A DNA stretch of 57,930 nt, counting the filler, from Porpidia crustulata (Eukaryota), in NCBI GenBank assembly GCA_964255105.1. It is 7 parts of 7 records of this genome, joined end to end, with 100 filler letters (N's around TTAATTAATTAA, not from the genome) between each part and the next. Parts side by side here need not be neighbours in the genome. Positions count along the whole stretch, not along the records: positions 8,306 to 16,509 come from CAXUWE010001152.1; positions 16,610 to 24,809 come from CAXUWE010001153.1; 5 more parts are not named here. One strand, 5' to 3'. How positions within the stretch are numbered: position 1 is the first letter of the stretch; each line of letters starts with the position of its first letter. A program made the position numbers and the translations under genes. The notes below the pieces were generated by a model. It saw nothing but the letters and a program-made list of their open reading frames with translations, had not been told where the DNA came from and did no database searches. Positions 12,070 through 24,909 of this stretch are shown here, one piece after another.

Positions 12070-13267
12070 CTAGCTTCGGAATTTCCCCGTGGTCAGCCCA
12101 TCCTCCAGGCTGTCGCGTTCTTGAATACGCACTTTTGGGGTCGTCTTCGAGAGGGATATCGGAGCGGCGTAGTCTCGCCTTCTTGCGGGTTTGGAATGGC
12201 TCCAGGGTGATGTTAGGCGTTTGAGGAGATAGCGCATACTCGGGAGACAGGCGCACACGAGACCAATGGAGGGCTCGACGGCGGACCAAATTTGAAGAGA
12301 AGCATAATTCCCTATTCGATTGTGTTAGAAAAACAGGACGAGCAAAGAAATATGCGACACGCATGAATTGGAGGTGAGTGGCGACAAAGGGGTTAGTTGA
12401 GCTTACATGTAAAATCTGTAGGGACTGTACGGAGAAGAACGGTAAGGCGAATGATGGAGACGACACAGACGCTGTGACAATAGTGAGTTAGGCCCGTGTC
12501 TTGCGGCTTGACAAGAATGTACTCACAAGCCACCGGTGAGAAAAATGCCACAAACTGCGAATTTCTGCGACCTCGTAATCTGCAACGCCCAGACCAGGGG
12601 TAGAGGAGTGATGAGAATTACAATGTCCGTGATAATATTTGGAATCGCATTGCCCAACCACACTTTTTTAACAACGACGCAATGGCCAGGACTCGTAAAG
12701 TCCCACGCTTTGTGGATGGGCGTGCATTGAAAAATGAAAGCAAATGTTATCGCAATGGTCCATGCTCCTACTATCGCTCCCACGACATAGCCGATGATAC
12801 GGACGGACCTCTGCGGGAAGATTCGTCGGTAGAAGAAGAGAATCGAGAATTTGATAAATCCTATTGCAGGGACGTAGACGATTTCGGCATAGTAGGCGAT
12901 TTGGAGGTACTTGACGGTAGCATCTGGTGGTAGATCTGCAGCGTGTCTTCCAAGACCGACGTGGACAGCTGAAGAAGATTAGGTCTCAGCTTAGACCGAG
13001 AGACTTAAGGCACAATTCACCGTAGAAAGAGCAGATGTTGTAGCCAAGGACCCACGGCTAGGATCTGGTCAGAACAGTGGATATTTCGTGTGGTGATAAG
13101 GAACATACGAGAGCAGCCAAAACAGCCCAGTCATCCCACCATAGATAAGATTGCGATAGTTTTCTTGATAGGAAGCGCAGTGAGACTGCGGCGATTGCAA
13201 GTACGGTAAGGAAGGTGGAGATGCCAATGATTAAAGACGTTTGGCTGTCGTGTGAGCGATCTGCCAT
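12070..13267 (-). CDS. PTH11-like / SAT4-family rhodopsin-domain integral membrane protein (no CFEM domain), 5 exons
   Basis: ATG 13267: AVSLRFLSRK...WWDDWAVLAAL, GLGRH, IFQCTPIHKAWD, NIITDIVILITPLPLVWALQITRSQK, WSAVEPSIGLVCACLPSMR. GT-AG introns include 13108-13058 and 13020-12969. Confidence 0.88.
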
Positions 13268-14325
13268 TATTGTGCGACTCGAAAAAGAACGAAGATCCAA
13301 AAGGAGAGGTGAGATCTCTGGGTCAGACGCTGCTGTGGAACCGTGTCGGATTATTATAAACCGCGACGAATGAGCAGGAGTGAAAGTCCGCAGGGACTGA
13401 TACGCAAATCCAAGACTGGAACCTTTCTGTGCCTCTGTCTGGCATGAAGATCCTGCTGGACCATATGGGATGGCGTGCTTCCTCTCTGCGCTCTTGTGGC
13501 GCGGTATCACAATAATTTATCTCGAAGGCTGGGACTAGAGGCCACCTCCATAGCACCTGGCATTCTCATTGCCAGCGTGCCAGCCTCTTGCAGGTCATCC
13601 TGAATAATTCTTGAGCGTCGGCTCGACAGCCTTCCGACATATCATCCGATGTAAGTAGATTGAATTGATGGCCCACTTCGTACTTACAGGAGACTGGGTT
13701 CAAACTTCGCGATAAAACCGAGGCCCACCAGCGACTGTAAGTCAGTAGGTTTCAAGATGTACCTAGCCACAAGGAACGGCCCTCATGTACGTGTCACGGA
13801 TTGCGAAATGGGTGAGTGGCAGCAGGCTAACAGGATAAGGTAGACAAATACTTTGCTGCGAGACGATGTTACTGGTTGCTCGGTCGAGCCGAAGGAGGGT
13901 CTAGAGTTTCCGCTTCTGTACAGACTACTCTAGCACGTCTAGAACTTTAGCTCAGGAGGTCCAACAGACACGCAATTGAGGATAACACGATATGATTTGT
14001 TGTCAACCCATCAAGCTCATGTAGATCATCTAAAGTAGCTTCCCCGCTCCAACGCTGCGCCGCCTCCCGTCGCTCGTCAATAGCTTCCTAATATCGCCGG
14101 GCCTTAATCAATTCTCTATGCGTATTGGAGTAGGTCTAAATTCCACTCACCTTGGAAACTTATCTGACAGCGGGGATGGCCAAGTGATCATCCGTGCTTG
14201 CGGCCCAAATACAAATTGAAAAAACCAATAGGTGAGATCTGTGGCAAAATACTTGAAGGATTGAAGCTCGAGGTTCTTAGTATACCTTTAGACTTTGTAT
14301 TGGAGATCGATTGTTCCTCGCATCA

Positions 14326-15284
14326 ATGTCACAGCCAGATGTCTTCCATTCGTTCACCAAAACTCCCCATAAGCATACTTATCCGGCACTCTCCCCTAGT
14401 TTACCGCAACACTCAGCCAAAGGCAAAACCATCCTGATCAGCGGCGGCTCTCATGGAATCGGGCTCGAGATTGCCAAGTCGTTTGCGGTCGCAAACGCAT
14501 CTAACTTGGTGCTTCTCGGCCGGAACAAAGATACTCTAGCAGAGGCCAAGGTAGCCGTTGAGGAAATGCATTCGACCAAGGTCTATACTTACGTGGCTGA
14601 TATCGGTGACCTCGCTCGCACAGCGGAACTCATTGATAGGATATGCCAGGAAGTCGCGGACCCAGACGTCCTGGTGCTTTCGGCTGGCATTCTCCACAAG
14701 CAATCGAAGGTTTTTGACGTCTCCATTGAGGATCTGCAGAAGTCGCTCGAAATCAACTGCACGAGCAACTTCGCGATGGTCAAGACTTTCCTCACCAAAC
14801 ACATCCAGGCTCCCGAGGGAAAGCAAAAGGTGATTGTCAATCTCTCCAGTGTGGTTGCTCATCAGAATTTTCCGGGAATGTCAGCGTACGGTGCTGGCAA
14901 AGTTGCGTTGCTTTCCATGTTGGGACACGTTCACGATGAATATGGAGACAAGGGTGTTAGTATCCGCAGCTTCCATCCAGGTTCCATTTATACATCTCTA
15001 CTCGTAGACCACGGGATGGGCAAAGACTTCTGGCCATGGGATGACAGTAAGTGACATATCCCACCAGACCGCATTGCTCTAACATATCTCCAGTCGATCT
15101 TGCAGCACACTTTGGCGTTTGGTTGGCCTCAGAAGATGCAAGTTTTCTGTCTGGTCGGTATGTTTGGGCCCAATGGGATATTGATGAGCTCAAAGCAAGA
15201 GCGGAGGAAATCAAAGCAAGTCCGTACCTGCTAAAGATCGGGTTGGTCGGGGAGCCGGCTAAGGATCAGGGCGAGTATATATAA
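14326..15284 (+). CDS. Short-chain dehydrogenase/reductase (classical SDR)
   Basis: Rossmann ISGGSHGIG, NLSS, catalytic YGAGK, HPG; intron 15047-15093; C-terminal WLASEDASFLSGRYVWAQWDIDEL. Confidence 0.92.
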
Positions 15285-16049
15285 AGGCAAGATGTTTAAT
15301 ACAGCTTCTTGGCTCTTCCGCTGTCAGTAATTGGTAATTGCTGTTTATCTTTTATTACCGATCGCTAGACGGGACCTACACAGAGAGTAGACGAAAGTCT
15401 AAAGAATTATGTAAAGATGTGGAAATCTAGATATATATCAACGTAGAAAAGCTGCATCGGCAATTGGGGATGACCGTCTAGGAAAGCTCGAAGTGACTTC
15501 TGCAACAGGCCGAAATTGAAATTCAGCCCAGCCAAGACCATGTCATTCTTGTTGCAAAACCGGCAGTCTCAACATCAACAGTTGCGAATGTGGAAAGTTG
15601 AATTATTAAGAGTAAAAAGAACACAGAGAGTAGAGAGACCAAACTCTGAAGTTCTCAACAAAACTTCAGCCACTGCTAATGAGATCTGTCAATATGGTAT
15701 TGATTTATACTATTACTCTGGGATATACTTTGCAGCTACGCGATCGCCCTATTGAAGACTGTAACAGTGTTTAATCTTTCGCGTTCATAAACTGTTGCAT
15801 ATCAAGATCTCTTACTGTTGTTATTAAGGAAGTTGACACAACTCTCCGATCCACACATCAAGCGTCTGAAAACAGACTGACAAATAAAATCGTGTCTTTG
15901 AGTGACCATGCCGATTCTTTGAATGCCTCCATTGCAAGTCTTGCCCTCATTCTCACTCGATCGCCTCCTTCCAACTGCCCGGCTATTTTGTCATTCTATA
16001 CATCTGTCCATCTGTTATTCCGTGGTACGATTTTTCTTCGGCCTTTTAG

Positions 16050-16432
16050 CTACCCCTTGGTCCTCTCCTCTGGACACCGAGGTGTCTGGGGTGACTGCTT
16101 GTGGAACAATGGATCCAGGTCATCGTCTCCCTGGCATATCTGCGAAGCAATGTCAACTTTAGATAGCTCCAAAAGAGGACTGTCCCTGTCTTGTGGTAGT
16201 CTCTTCGTGGATTGCGCTCCAAGCCTCTGAAGTACTTGGAAGTCCAGACTAGGTGGAAGCTGGTGTATGGCTGAGCAAATTCGTTCAAGATGAGTTGCAT
16301 CCAGACATCGTAGACATTCTTGATGAACTTGTAGATAGTCCACTTGTCTGCACCTTCCTCGCTCGTGAAATCAAACGTCTTAATCGGATGACGATAAAAG
16401 ATGATTTTGCTGTCATCAATAACGACATAGTG
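16050..16432 (-). pseudogene. Frameshifted, 5'-truncated fragment of a repeated fungal protein family (DUF7924-like)
   Basis: HYVVIDDSKIIFYRHPIKTFDFTSEEGADKWTIYKFIKNVYDVWM continues as THLERICSAIHQLPPSLDF only after a frame change near 16298. Confidence 0.7.
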
Positions 16433-16509
16433 TAACAGCTGTCGTCGTAACATACTGTCCACGATAGACAACGATGGGCGTCTGAGGGTTGTGTCGTTGT
16501 TGCGGCAAA
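16431..16509 (+). mobile_element. Possible start of an LTR (TGTAACAG...) running off the contig end
   Basis: Protein similarity of the adjacent relic stops at TGTAAC, a typical LTR terminus; the contig ends 79 nt later. Confidence 0.3.
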
Positions 16510-16609
16510 NNNNNNNNNNNNNNNNNNNNNNNNNNNNNNNNNNNNNNNNNNNNTTAATTAATTAANNNNNNNNNNNNNNNNNNNNNNNNNNNNNNNNNNN
16601 NNNNNNNNN
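16510..16609. other. Artificial contig linker
   Basis: N44-TTAATTAATTAA-N44. Confidence 0.98.
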
Positions 16610-17028
16610 CCTTGATCCGGTGGGCTGCTGGGGATGTTGGGGAAGGTCTGATCGTAACATCTTTCGATTTATCTGTTCAGATCGTTATTGATTTAAAGAG
16701 AAAACATACTAGACTTTAAAATAGATATACTAATCATAAACGATGTCAAATTGAATATAGTCAAATTTATCGTACTAACAACTGATACCCTGAGTATCGT
16801 AGTAGTAAAGCTAGGTAAATAGGTATGTCTCCATAACAAGGCTTAGCGTGGCTCGTTACTGGGCGAAGACAAGAAAAAATGCCGATCAGCCGGCGCTAGA
16901 CCTACACGCAGCAATTATAGGAACCGAACCGATTCGTTCCTGGCCCACAACCCACATTGATTCGATCGACCAACGTCCTCAAGTGTCAGCAAAGCTGCAT
17001 TGCACTGGGGATTGTATCAAAGATCATC

Positions 17029-17783
17029 ATGTCCACCAACTACGTTCCAGGTAACCAGACTCGCTACCTGCGCGCCTGCATGGTCTGTTCCATTGTGCAA
17101 ACCCAGGGTGTAAGTTTCCCTCCCTCTCCTACCCTTCCCCCCCTTCTCGCGGCGGTGTTCCTGGCATGTTCGACTCTTATCTCCCCCCAAATACTACCGT
17201 CACAAAGTAGCTAATCTCTTCCCTCTCCGGCTTTTGGGGGACACCAGCGCTTCATCCGCGAAGGCTGCCCCAACTGCGAACCTTTCCTAGACCTGACGAA
17301 CCACCCGGACACGGTGCAAGAATGCACCTCGCAGGTCTTTGAAGGCCTTATTACGCTGCAGGATCCGGGGAGGAGCTGGATGGCCAAGTGGCAGCGGCTG
17401 GATGGGTATGTGAGCGGGGTGTATGCGGTTAAGGTTGTTGGGAGTGTAAGTGCTTGGTTCCTTGAATTCCGGAAGGGGAGTACATTGGGATTTGAGGAGG
17501 GGGAAAAGATATGGCAATGCCCGAACGATATCGTTGTTATGGAGGAGATCAAGGCAGAGGCGATTTCTTCGTCAGGAAGAACCAAAGGACGCCAGGCTAA
17601 CCAGACATCATACACAGCTACCGGATGAAGTAATCCAGAACATCGAAGACGCCGGCGGCAGCTATATCCCGTACGTACCGACCACATCGGGCCTCACATT
17701 GCAAACCTTCCTGAACAGGAAAACACCTCTAACCAGAAATACCTTACAGGAGAGACGGCAGCGCCCCCGAAGAGGAAGTGTGA
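17029..17783 (+). CDS. SPT4: Transcription elongation factor Spt4, 4 exons
   Basis: [23 protein letters not shown]...[49 protein letters not shown]...YIP|RDGS; introns 17110-17247, 17446-17617, 17672-17748. Confidence 0.96.
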
Positions 17784-18673
17784 TGGCCCATTTCGCTGAA
17801 TCCGGTTGCCAATGGCGTTTTTTGGTGGCGCACCCGGGGTTGATCGGATGCGGGATATACCCCATATGGACAGACAGATGCTCGTTTCTTACGGGGGAAG
17901 ACTAAAGTTGTATATAAGGAATTGGATATATGTGTTGCGATACTACGTAGAAAACCCTCCCATGGGATTTTTCAAATCGCCTAGTCACGGGCAGATCCAG
18001 ATCGGGAAACCACGAAAAATCTCATAGAATCCGCAATAAACGATTATCCCCGTAATTTTATTTCTGCATTTGGTTGCGCTCTCGAACTCTGATATACGTA
18101 GATGCATACGGCATTCCCCCCAGCAAGCAAACAACAATGACGCCAAGCGTCCTATCCATTAATACAAATGTTGCCAAAAAGCCATGGCCGTGAAAAGAGA
18201 AAAAAAGGCAAGCATAGCGCATTCGGCCAGCTTCACAAGAGAGGAGGCTTAGTTGAGTCGTGAGATTCCCTGACGTTGTGTGCTGGAAGCTAAAATCCCC
18301 TCCCCCACAAAAACATGAAAAGAAAAGGTTATTAAAAAATCGCAAGTCTCAAGAAAGCCCTCGTGATATCCGGGGACAGGTATTATTAGGGGTAAGCAAA
18401 AAGGGAAGATCGTGATTGTTAGGTAGGAAACAGGTGTGCTGCCGATCAATGTTACGACCGAAATCAAAAATGGCCGCCGATGCTGCGCGCTTCGTGAATT
18501 TCCCTGCTTGTAAAAGCCACTTTTTTTTTCTCTTAGAACCAAAAACGAGAAACTTTTGCAAGGACAATGGCCGCCACGTAAAATTTCGGTTGCGTATGTA
18601 GTCCGTAGTATCGTTAAAATCGGTCATTGGTCATTGACGAATTTCGTGAATCCTCCTGCCCCCTTCGTATCTA

Positions 18674-19933
18674 TTATCGTGCCGTAGGCGATCGCTGATG
18701 CGTTTCGTAAACCATGTACTCCGGCGCTGTATGCTGCGGCCCCGCTTCCTCCCCAGCGTGCTGTTGTTGTTGTTGTTGTTGCTGCTGCTGTTCTCGTCGC
18801 GTTTCTCTTCCGGCTGCAAAGGTGGGCCCGCTTTCCCCGGTATCCATCCTCTCAGGCTCGACAGCTTGACCGGCTTCGACTAATGCTGCGTGCTGCTGCA
18901 AGTCGACCAGCAACCTCTCTGGTCCTAATTGAGCAGGAATCTCGGCCTCGGGAAATGCGGCTGCGGTTTCTCCCCCGAGCTGCGTTTGCATCTGATCCGC
19001 GGCGTGAGCGGTCGCCTCGAGGGATAGGTTTCTGGCCGCTGTCTTTTTTGGTTTCTTTGAGCGGGCGGGCTTCTTGGAAGCAGTGCCTTCCTCCATCCCA
19101 CCGGGTCCAGCAACAACTGGCGTAAACAGGTTGGCAATCGGGGCAGCCCCTTCAGCGGATGGTCTTGGGGTCCTGATTTTCTTGGGTGGGGGATAAGATT
19201 CTCCTCTTGCGGCAGCTTCGGCGGCTCGAATTTCGTGTTCTGCTCTACTTGGCCGCCCACGCTTTTTCTTACTAGGTGGCTCGCCCGTACTTGCTGGAGC
19301 TGATGGGAGCGCAAGCAGATCATTCGGGTTGTTCACCGTAGCGAAGCTGGGCACACGAGGCTGAATCGTACGATCGGTTGTCAGGCCCACGTCACCGCTG
19401 GGCACTGGACGTTTCCTCTGCTTCGGGGCTGGAGTTTGGTAATCCGGACGTCCAGCAGGCTGGTGTAAGCTCGCGTGACCAGAAGCCAAACGTAAACGAA
19501 GATTATCGAACGTCTCCGCGCATACTGCCACCGAACGACCTGTAAAGAGTAGGAATTAGTTTACAAAGCCTCTGTAGGTTCGAAATCGCATTTAAAAAGG
19601 CCCCACAGTGGCTACACCCATCTGGCAGCGACACGATGCAATGAAAGGCCGGTAAACGACAGAGATGCGTACCTAGCGGTAAAGCCATTTGGTTCCAACT
19701 TGGCGTGATACCGGCATCTTCAATAAATTTTGCGAGGTGAAGCGGCGGTAAGGGAGACTTTTTGAGGATTTCAGCGAGAAAGTAGCGCTACCACAGCAAT
19801 CTGTTAGACTCGCCTTGCCCAAAGATCCAGTCGTTTGCCAATAACATGATGTCTATGGCTGTATAGTCGGGAAGATTTCAGAGCTTTGGCTTACCTGTTC
19901 GTCCTCGCTGAGCGGCGGCTCTGCGATGGACAT
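18674..19933 (-). CDS. AT-hook-containing nuclear protein with polyQ tail, 3 exons
   Basis: ATG 19933: MSIAEPPLSEDEQ|RYFLAEILKKS...PSWNQMALPL|GRSVAVC. AT-hook KKKRGRPSR; Q10 run; introns 19894-19788 and about 19672-19540. Confidence 0.8.
18761..18790. repeat. CAG/CAA microsatellite encoding polyQ
   Basis: Plus strand reads ctg(ttg)6(ctg)3. Confidence 0.9.
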
Positions 19934-22018
19934 TCTGCGGTTACAGCGACCAGCACGAGAAGCACCAAGAAAAAAAGTAAATGCGCTTGCGGCGGCAGTA
20001 GCTACGAACAGTGCGTGACAGCTTGGTAATAGATAAATTGATCGCCCAACGAGTGGAAATTAAAAAGATTCTAATAGTCTCGAATGGGAATAATGTACTT
20101 GCGTACCACCCGACCAAACATGTAACGAGTGTGCAAGAAACGAACGGTGTGGGTTAAGGGCCCATAACGGGCGGGCAAAGAATCCGATCTCAGAAGGCTG
20201 AGGATGGTCAAGAAAGAGAAGAAGTGAATAATGGGAGAGGCAGAAGGGAAACAAGGAAAAAAGCGAGTTGTTATTTGGGGTTGTTTATGGATTGCCGGGA
20301 AGTAAATAAGTACCTTAGGTACCTTAGGTGCTTAGGTGCTGTTTAGGTACCGGCAGGTATAATAATTTTAGTATAGCAAGCTGTCCCTTTGGTCTAGGAG
20401 CTTTTGCTGCACAATGCGAGACTTGCATGAACTTTAGTACGGAGGTACCTTTAAGTCGTTTTCTGGGCCGCCTCTGGCAAGTCCATCTCTCGCATCATCA
20501 ATACTTGATCTCACTCCTTGACTCTCCGTGTCCAGTGATACAAGACTGATCATATCCTTCTCTTCTGGGAAATCATGATAAGCAGAACTTGGAATATCAG
20601 GAGTTCATACCCTGATGGGCCCCTAAAAGGATTGTCGCTCTTCGCAGCCACTTGCCAATACCGCAAGCTCGTCATGCTATTGGCCAGCATCGTCAGGCCA
20701 ATCAGAGTCCTCGATCATATACCCTGCAATGCCAGTAGTAAATAATAAAGTCTTTTATCGAAAATACGCCCATCCGGCGTCCAGATCTATTGTTGAGTGG
20801 GAGGACTATCATGTATGGTGGTATTACAGACAACTTTGGCCTTGATGAACATCTATTTAGGATCATCTGCTACTCTCGCCAGGCTATTATATATTCTCTA
20901 CGTCGATGTGTCCTCCGACTACTAGGCCACTGGTACGGCGACACATCATCATGCCACGTCGGTCATCGAAGCCATCGACACTACTAGCGGACTGACTGTG
21001 TTCAACTAGACTGTGAGGGAGGAGTCACAATCATGGATTCATTATTTATTGAAGGCTTGCGTGAGCCTGCCCGTTGATATTCCTAATTAATCCGTACTGT
21101 AGGTAGACATTTACATATGCAGACGCATGACCCTCGCCCTCACTGAAGTCTCCGCCTCGGTTTCTGAAACTTGGCTCCGTCTGGTCTCGATTGCTTCATT
21201 CCCTTGAGTTTGTGATTCGGCGGCACGGGCGGTTGGCATATCCACATTGTATCTTAGAAATTATTGATCAGGATTTTGAAGAGTTTCTCCTGTGCACCAG
21301 GCTCGACCGAGAAATTTCGGTACTTGCCGAGAGAATGAACTTTTGAATCTGACCAGCCGAAAAGCGCAAAGTGATATATGTCTCTGCGACACCGTTCTGG
21401 CGACAAACGAAGCTATACAGACTCCTGGTTGATGGTCTTGTTCATCGTGGATGGTGCTGACAACCTGCCCCTCATTGTGCGCGGTATTTAGAGACGTTCA
21501 TTATTGGGGGAGGATCTGCCTCGAGCACATGCTGAAAAAGTGCCCTCCTTGACATTTCTTCTACTTTTCAATCCTCATTGCTAAGCTTCACTGTCTATTC
21601 TTTGCTAGATACTGTTTCCTCCAACATAGTCTCAGCGCTGTTAATGACTATCCCGCAACGCCGCCCTCCGCTCTCTTTCTTGTCCTCTGCCACCAGCTCG
21701 ATCTCCACTGCCACAACAGAAAGAACGCACCCGAACGGCCACTGGTATTTGCAGGTGGATCATAGTACAAATCAATGGGCCTAGTAATCAAATTCCACAT
21801 CGAGGTTGTGCGACCCGCATGGACGTAGCTTAAAGGGTCCCACACATCAATCGTCCTGAGCGGGCTCATCCATCGCTAAATTCACATCTTACTTTCAATC
21901 TTCTACAATTCCAACAACGCAACTGCCTTCTACTCACAAATACTATCACCCCATAACCCCACACATTAAACAGTACGGAAGTCTAGGGTCTTGGGAGTCG
22001 GGATAGCCAGGAATTACA

Positions 22019-24809
22019 ATGAAACATGGAGGTCGCTCCGACGATGTTCGAGGGAGGACACGGGCAGAAGGGATTAAAGACGAGTCAAGCACAGAGGGCA
22101 CGAACAGTCCAGGAAGCTCGCACTTGAAGTCTTCGTCGTCTTCTCCGACGAAATCTCTGAAATCTGAATTATCGCCCAAGATGGACACGCAGAAGGAGGA
22201 GATGATGGTTGGTGGTGAGATTACTGTAAAGCTAGAGCCGGGCAAGCCCCTCAAGCTCTCTCGAACCTCATCGCAGAAAATCATATCCAGGCCTGCACAA
22301 ATGTTTGCCGACTATCCTAATTGTACAGATGAGGCCAAGAGCTCATTTCAGTTGATACCGGAGTGCTCTTACTCGAGCAAGTCTATTGGCTCTACGGAAC
22401 ATGCTATGGACTGCGACTGTGCGGATGAGTGGGGTAAGTTCAGCAAAATAATTGACTTCTACGAAGAAGTGAGAGTCTAATATGGTATTGCAGAAGCTTC
22501 AACCAAAGTCAACCTGGCGTGTGGGGAAGACTCGGATTGCATCAATCGTGCGACAAAAATGGAGTGTTTCGGTGACTGTGGGTGCGGCCCCGACTGTCAA
22601 AACCAACGATTTCAAAAGCAGCGATTCGCATCTGTGACTGTGATCAAGACGGAGAAGAAGGGCTATGGACTACGAGCTGACGCTGACCTTCAAGCTAATG
22701 AGTTCATTTTCGAATACATTGGCGAGGTCATTGGCGAGGGCCAATTTCGCCGCCGTATGGTGCAGTATGACGAGGAGGGCATTAAGCATTTCTATTTCAT
22801 GTCCCTGACCAAAGGTGAATTCGTTGATGCAACCAAAAAAGGAAATCTGGGCAGATTCTGTAACCACTCGTGCAATCCAAATTGCTACGTGGATAAGTGG
22901 GTGGTGGGTGATAAACTTCGCATGGGAATATTTGCCGAGCGGAACATCAAAACTGGCGAAGAATTGGTTTTCAACTACAACGTCGATCGTTATGGAGCTG
23001 ACCCGCAACCGTGCTATTGTGGAGAACCTAATTGCACAGGCTTCATCGGCGGAAAGACACAGACCGAGCGGGCGACCAAATTATCAAGTCTTACAATCGA
23101 GGCTCTTGGTATCGACGATGGGGATGGTTGGGATACTGCGGTCGCAAAAAAGCCCCGCAAGAAAAAGACAGGAGAAGACGACGAGGAATACGTTAATAAT
23201 GTCCAACCCAAATCGTTGGATGAAGATGGCGTTACCAAGGTTATGGCTACTCTTATGCAGTGTAAGGAAAAGTGGATAGCCGTGAAGCTGCTTGGTCGAA
23301 TCCAGCATTGCGATGACGAACGGGTTCGCAACCGAGTTGTCAAAATGCATGGATATCAAATCCTCAATTCCACCTTGACTCTTTGGAAGGAGGATCCGAA
23401 CGTTGTCTTACAGGTCTTGGACATTCTCAAACAGTTTCCCCGTCTTACGCGAAACAAAATCAGCGACTCGAAGATCGAAAGCACGGTTGAGAGCCTCAAG
23501 GGTTGCGGCCATGAACGAGTTCAGTTGCAGGCGGAAAGTCTACTCATGGAATGGAGTACTCTTGAAGTGGCTTACCGCATACCTCGTCGTAAGCGCGAGA
23601 TCAACAGCAATGCTACCCCAGATAAACCCGACCGTCTCGCTCGACGAGATTCTGGCCCTAGAGACCGTAAGGCACGTTCAAAGTCACGCTCACGGTCGAG
23701 ATCCAGGGCTCGATCTAAGTCCATCGACGCCCCCAGAGGACCGGCAGCGCTCAACGGCGCCCGTAGTAATGTTCCGCAAAGAAATAATGCCTTCTATAGC
23801 GCCCCGCGACCACCATTTAGACCCAGACCTTACAACGCATTGCCTCCCGGCTGGTCCTCAGCCATGGATGGAACCAGACCCTATTACTTCAGTGTATCGG
23901 GTTTCGTCACCTGGGATAGACCCACAATGCCGGCAACGCAAGCTCAAGCACCTCCACCACCCCCCAAGGCGGTTCCAGGCAACAAAGCCTTAGAAGATAT
24001 CATCAACAGCATCACCAACAGCAAATCAAATACTCCAAGAGGAACGGGATCTAATTCTACAACCCCACAGCCAGTATCCGTTGAGTCAAAGAAAGACCGT
24101 AAGAGTGGCAAGGAGAAGTGGCGGGCATATAGTGAAGAAAAACAAAAGAAGATCTACGAGAATACCGTAAGATCTCCTTTTCTAATTAGCAACGATCGTC
24201 AAATGCTAATGTAAATATAGCTATTTCCGCATATCAAACACGTCGTGGATAAATTCAAGACGAAACTGCCAAAAGAAGATTTGAAGCGATTGGCGAAAGA
24301 GGTAGGCACCTCCGTGAGAAGAGATTGTGGAGATGATGTACTAATACGTAATTTGCTGTAGCTTTCCAAGAAGCTTGTCAATTCGGACTTCAAAAACCAT
24401 CGTGTCGAGGACCCCAATCGCATTTCATCCAAGCAGGAGAAAAACGTGAAAAAGTATGTTAAAGATTACTTTGATAAGGCAGTCGCCAAGCAAATCGAAT
24501 ATAATAAGAAAAAGGCTCAACAGAAGACCGAAGGGGAAGAGAAGGCGGCGTCGCCGGATCAGCTAGCTGACTCGTTGATACATACAAAAGCAGACAGCGG
24601 CGACGAAAGGGTTACGGGATTGTCAGATGATGATCCAGATAGAGAGGAAGAAGTTTCCGCAACCCCAGCCACCCCAATCGATCAGATTGAAAACGGTGAA
24701 GGGCTCAAGCGGAAGAGAGAGGACGACAAAGATATCGATGATGTGAACCTCGAGGACGATGAGGCAACGCCCAGTAAACGCCCGAGATCAGCTACACCGC
24801 CTCCTCCGC
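22019..24809 (+). CDS. SET2: Histone H3K36 methyltransferase Set2; 3' end lost at the contig edge
   Basis: AWS ([16 protein letters not shown]), SET ([16 protein letters not shown]), post-SET ([13 protein letters not shown]), WW (LPPGW...TWDRP) and SRI-like C-terminus; introns 22435-22493, 24167-24220, 24302-24361. Confidence 0.97.
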
Positions 24810-24909
24810 NNNNNNNNNNNNNNNNNNNNNNNNNNNNNNNNNNNNNNNNNNNNTTAATTAATTAANNNNNNNNNNNNNNNNNNNNNNNNNNNNNNNNNNN
24901 NNNNNNNNN
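24810..24909. other. Artificial contig linker
   Basis: N44-TTAATTAATTAA-N44. Confidence 0.98.

Noticed and set aside
2128..15284. One large cluster joining the NTF2-like gene and permease with the P450/UbiA/SDR genes
   Set aside because: It crosses an artificial linker between size-sorted contigs, so there is no evidence of physical linkage.
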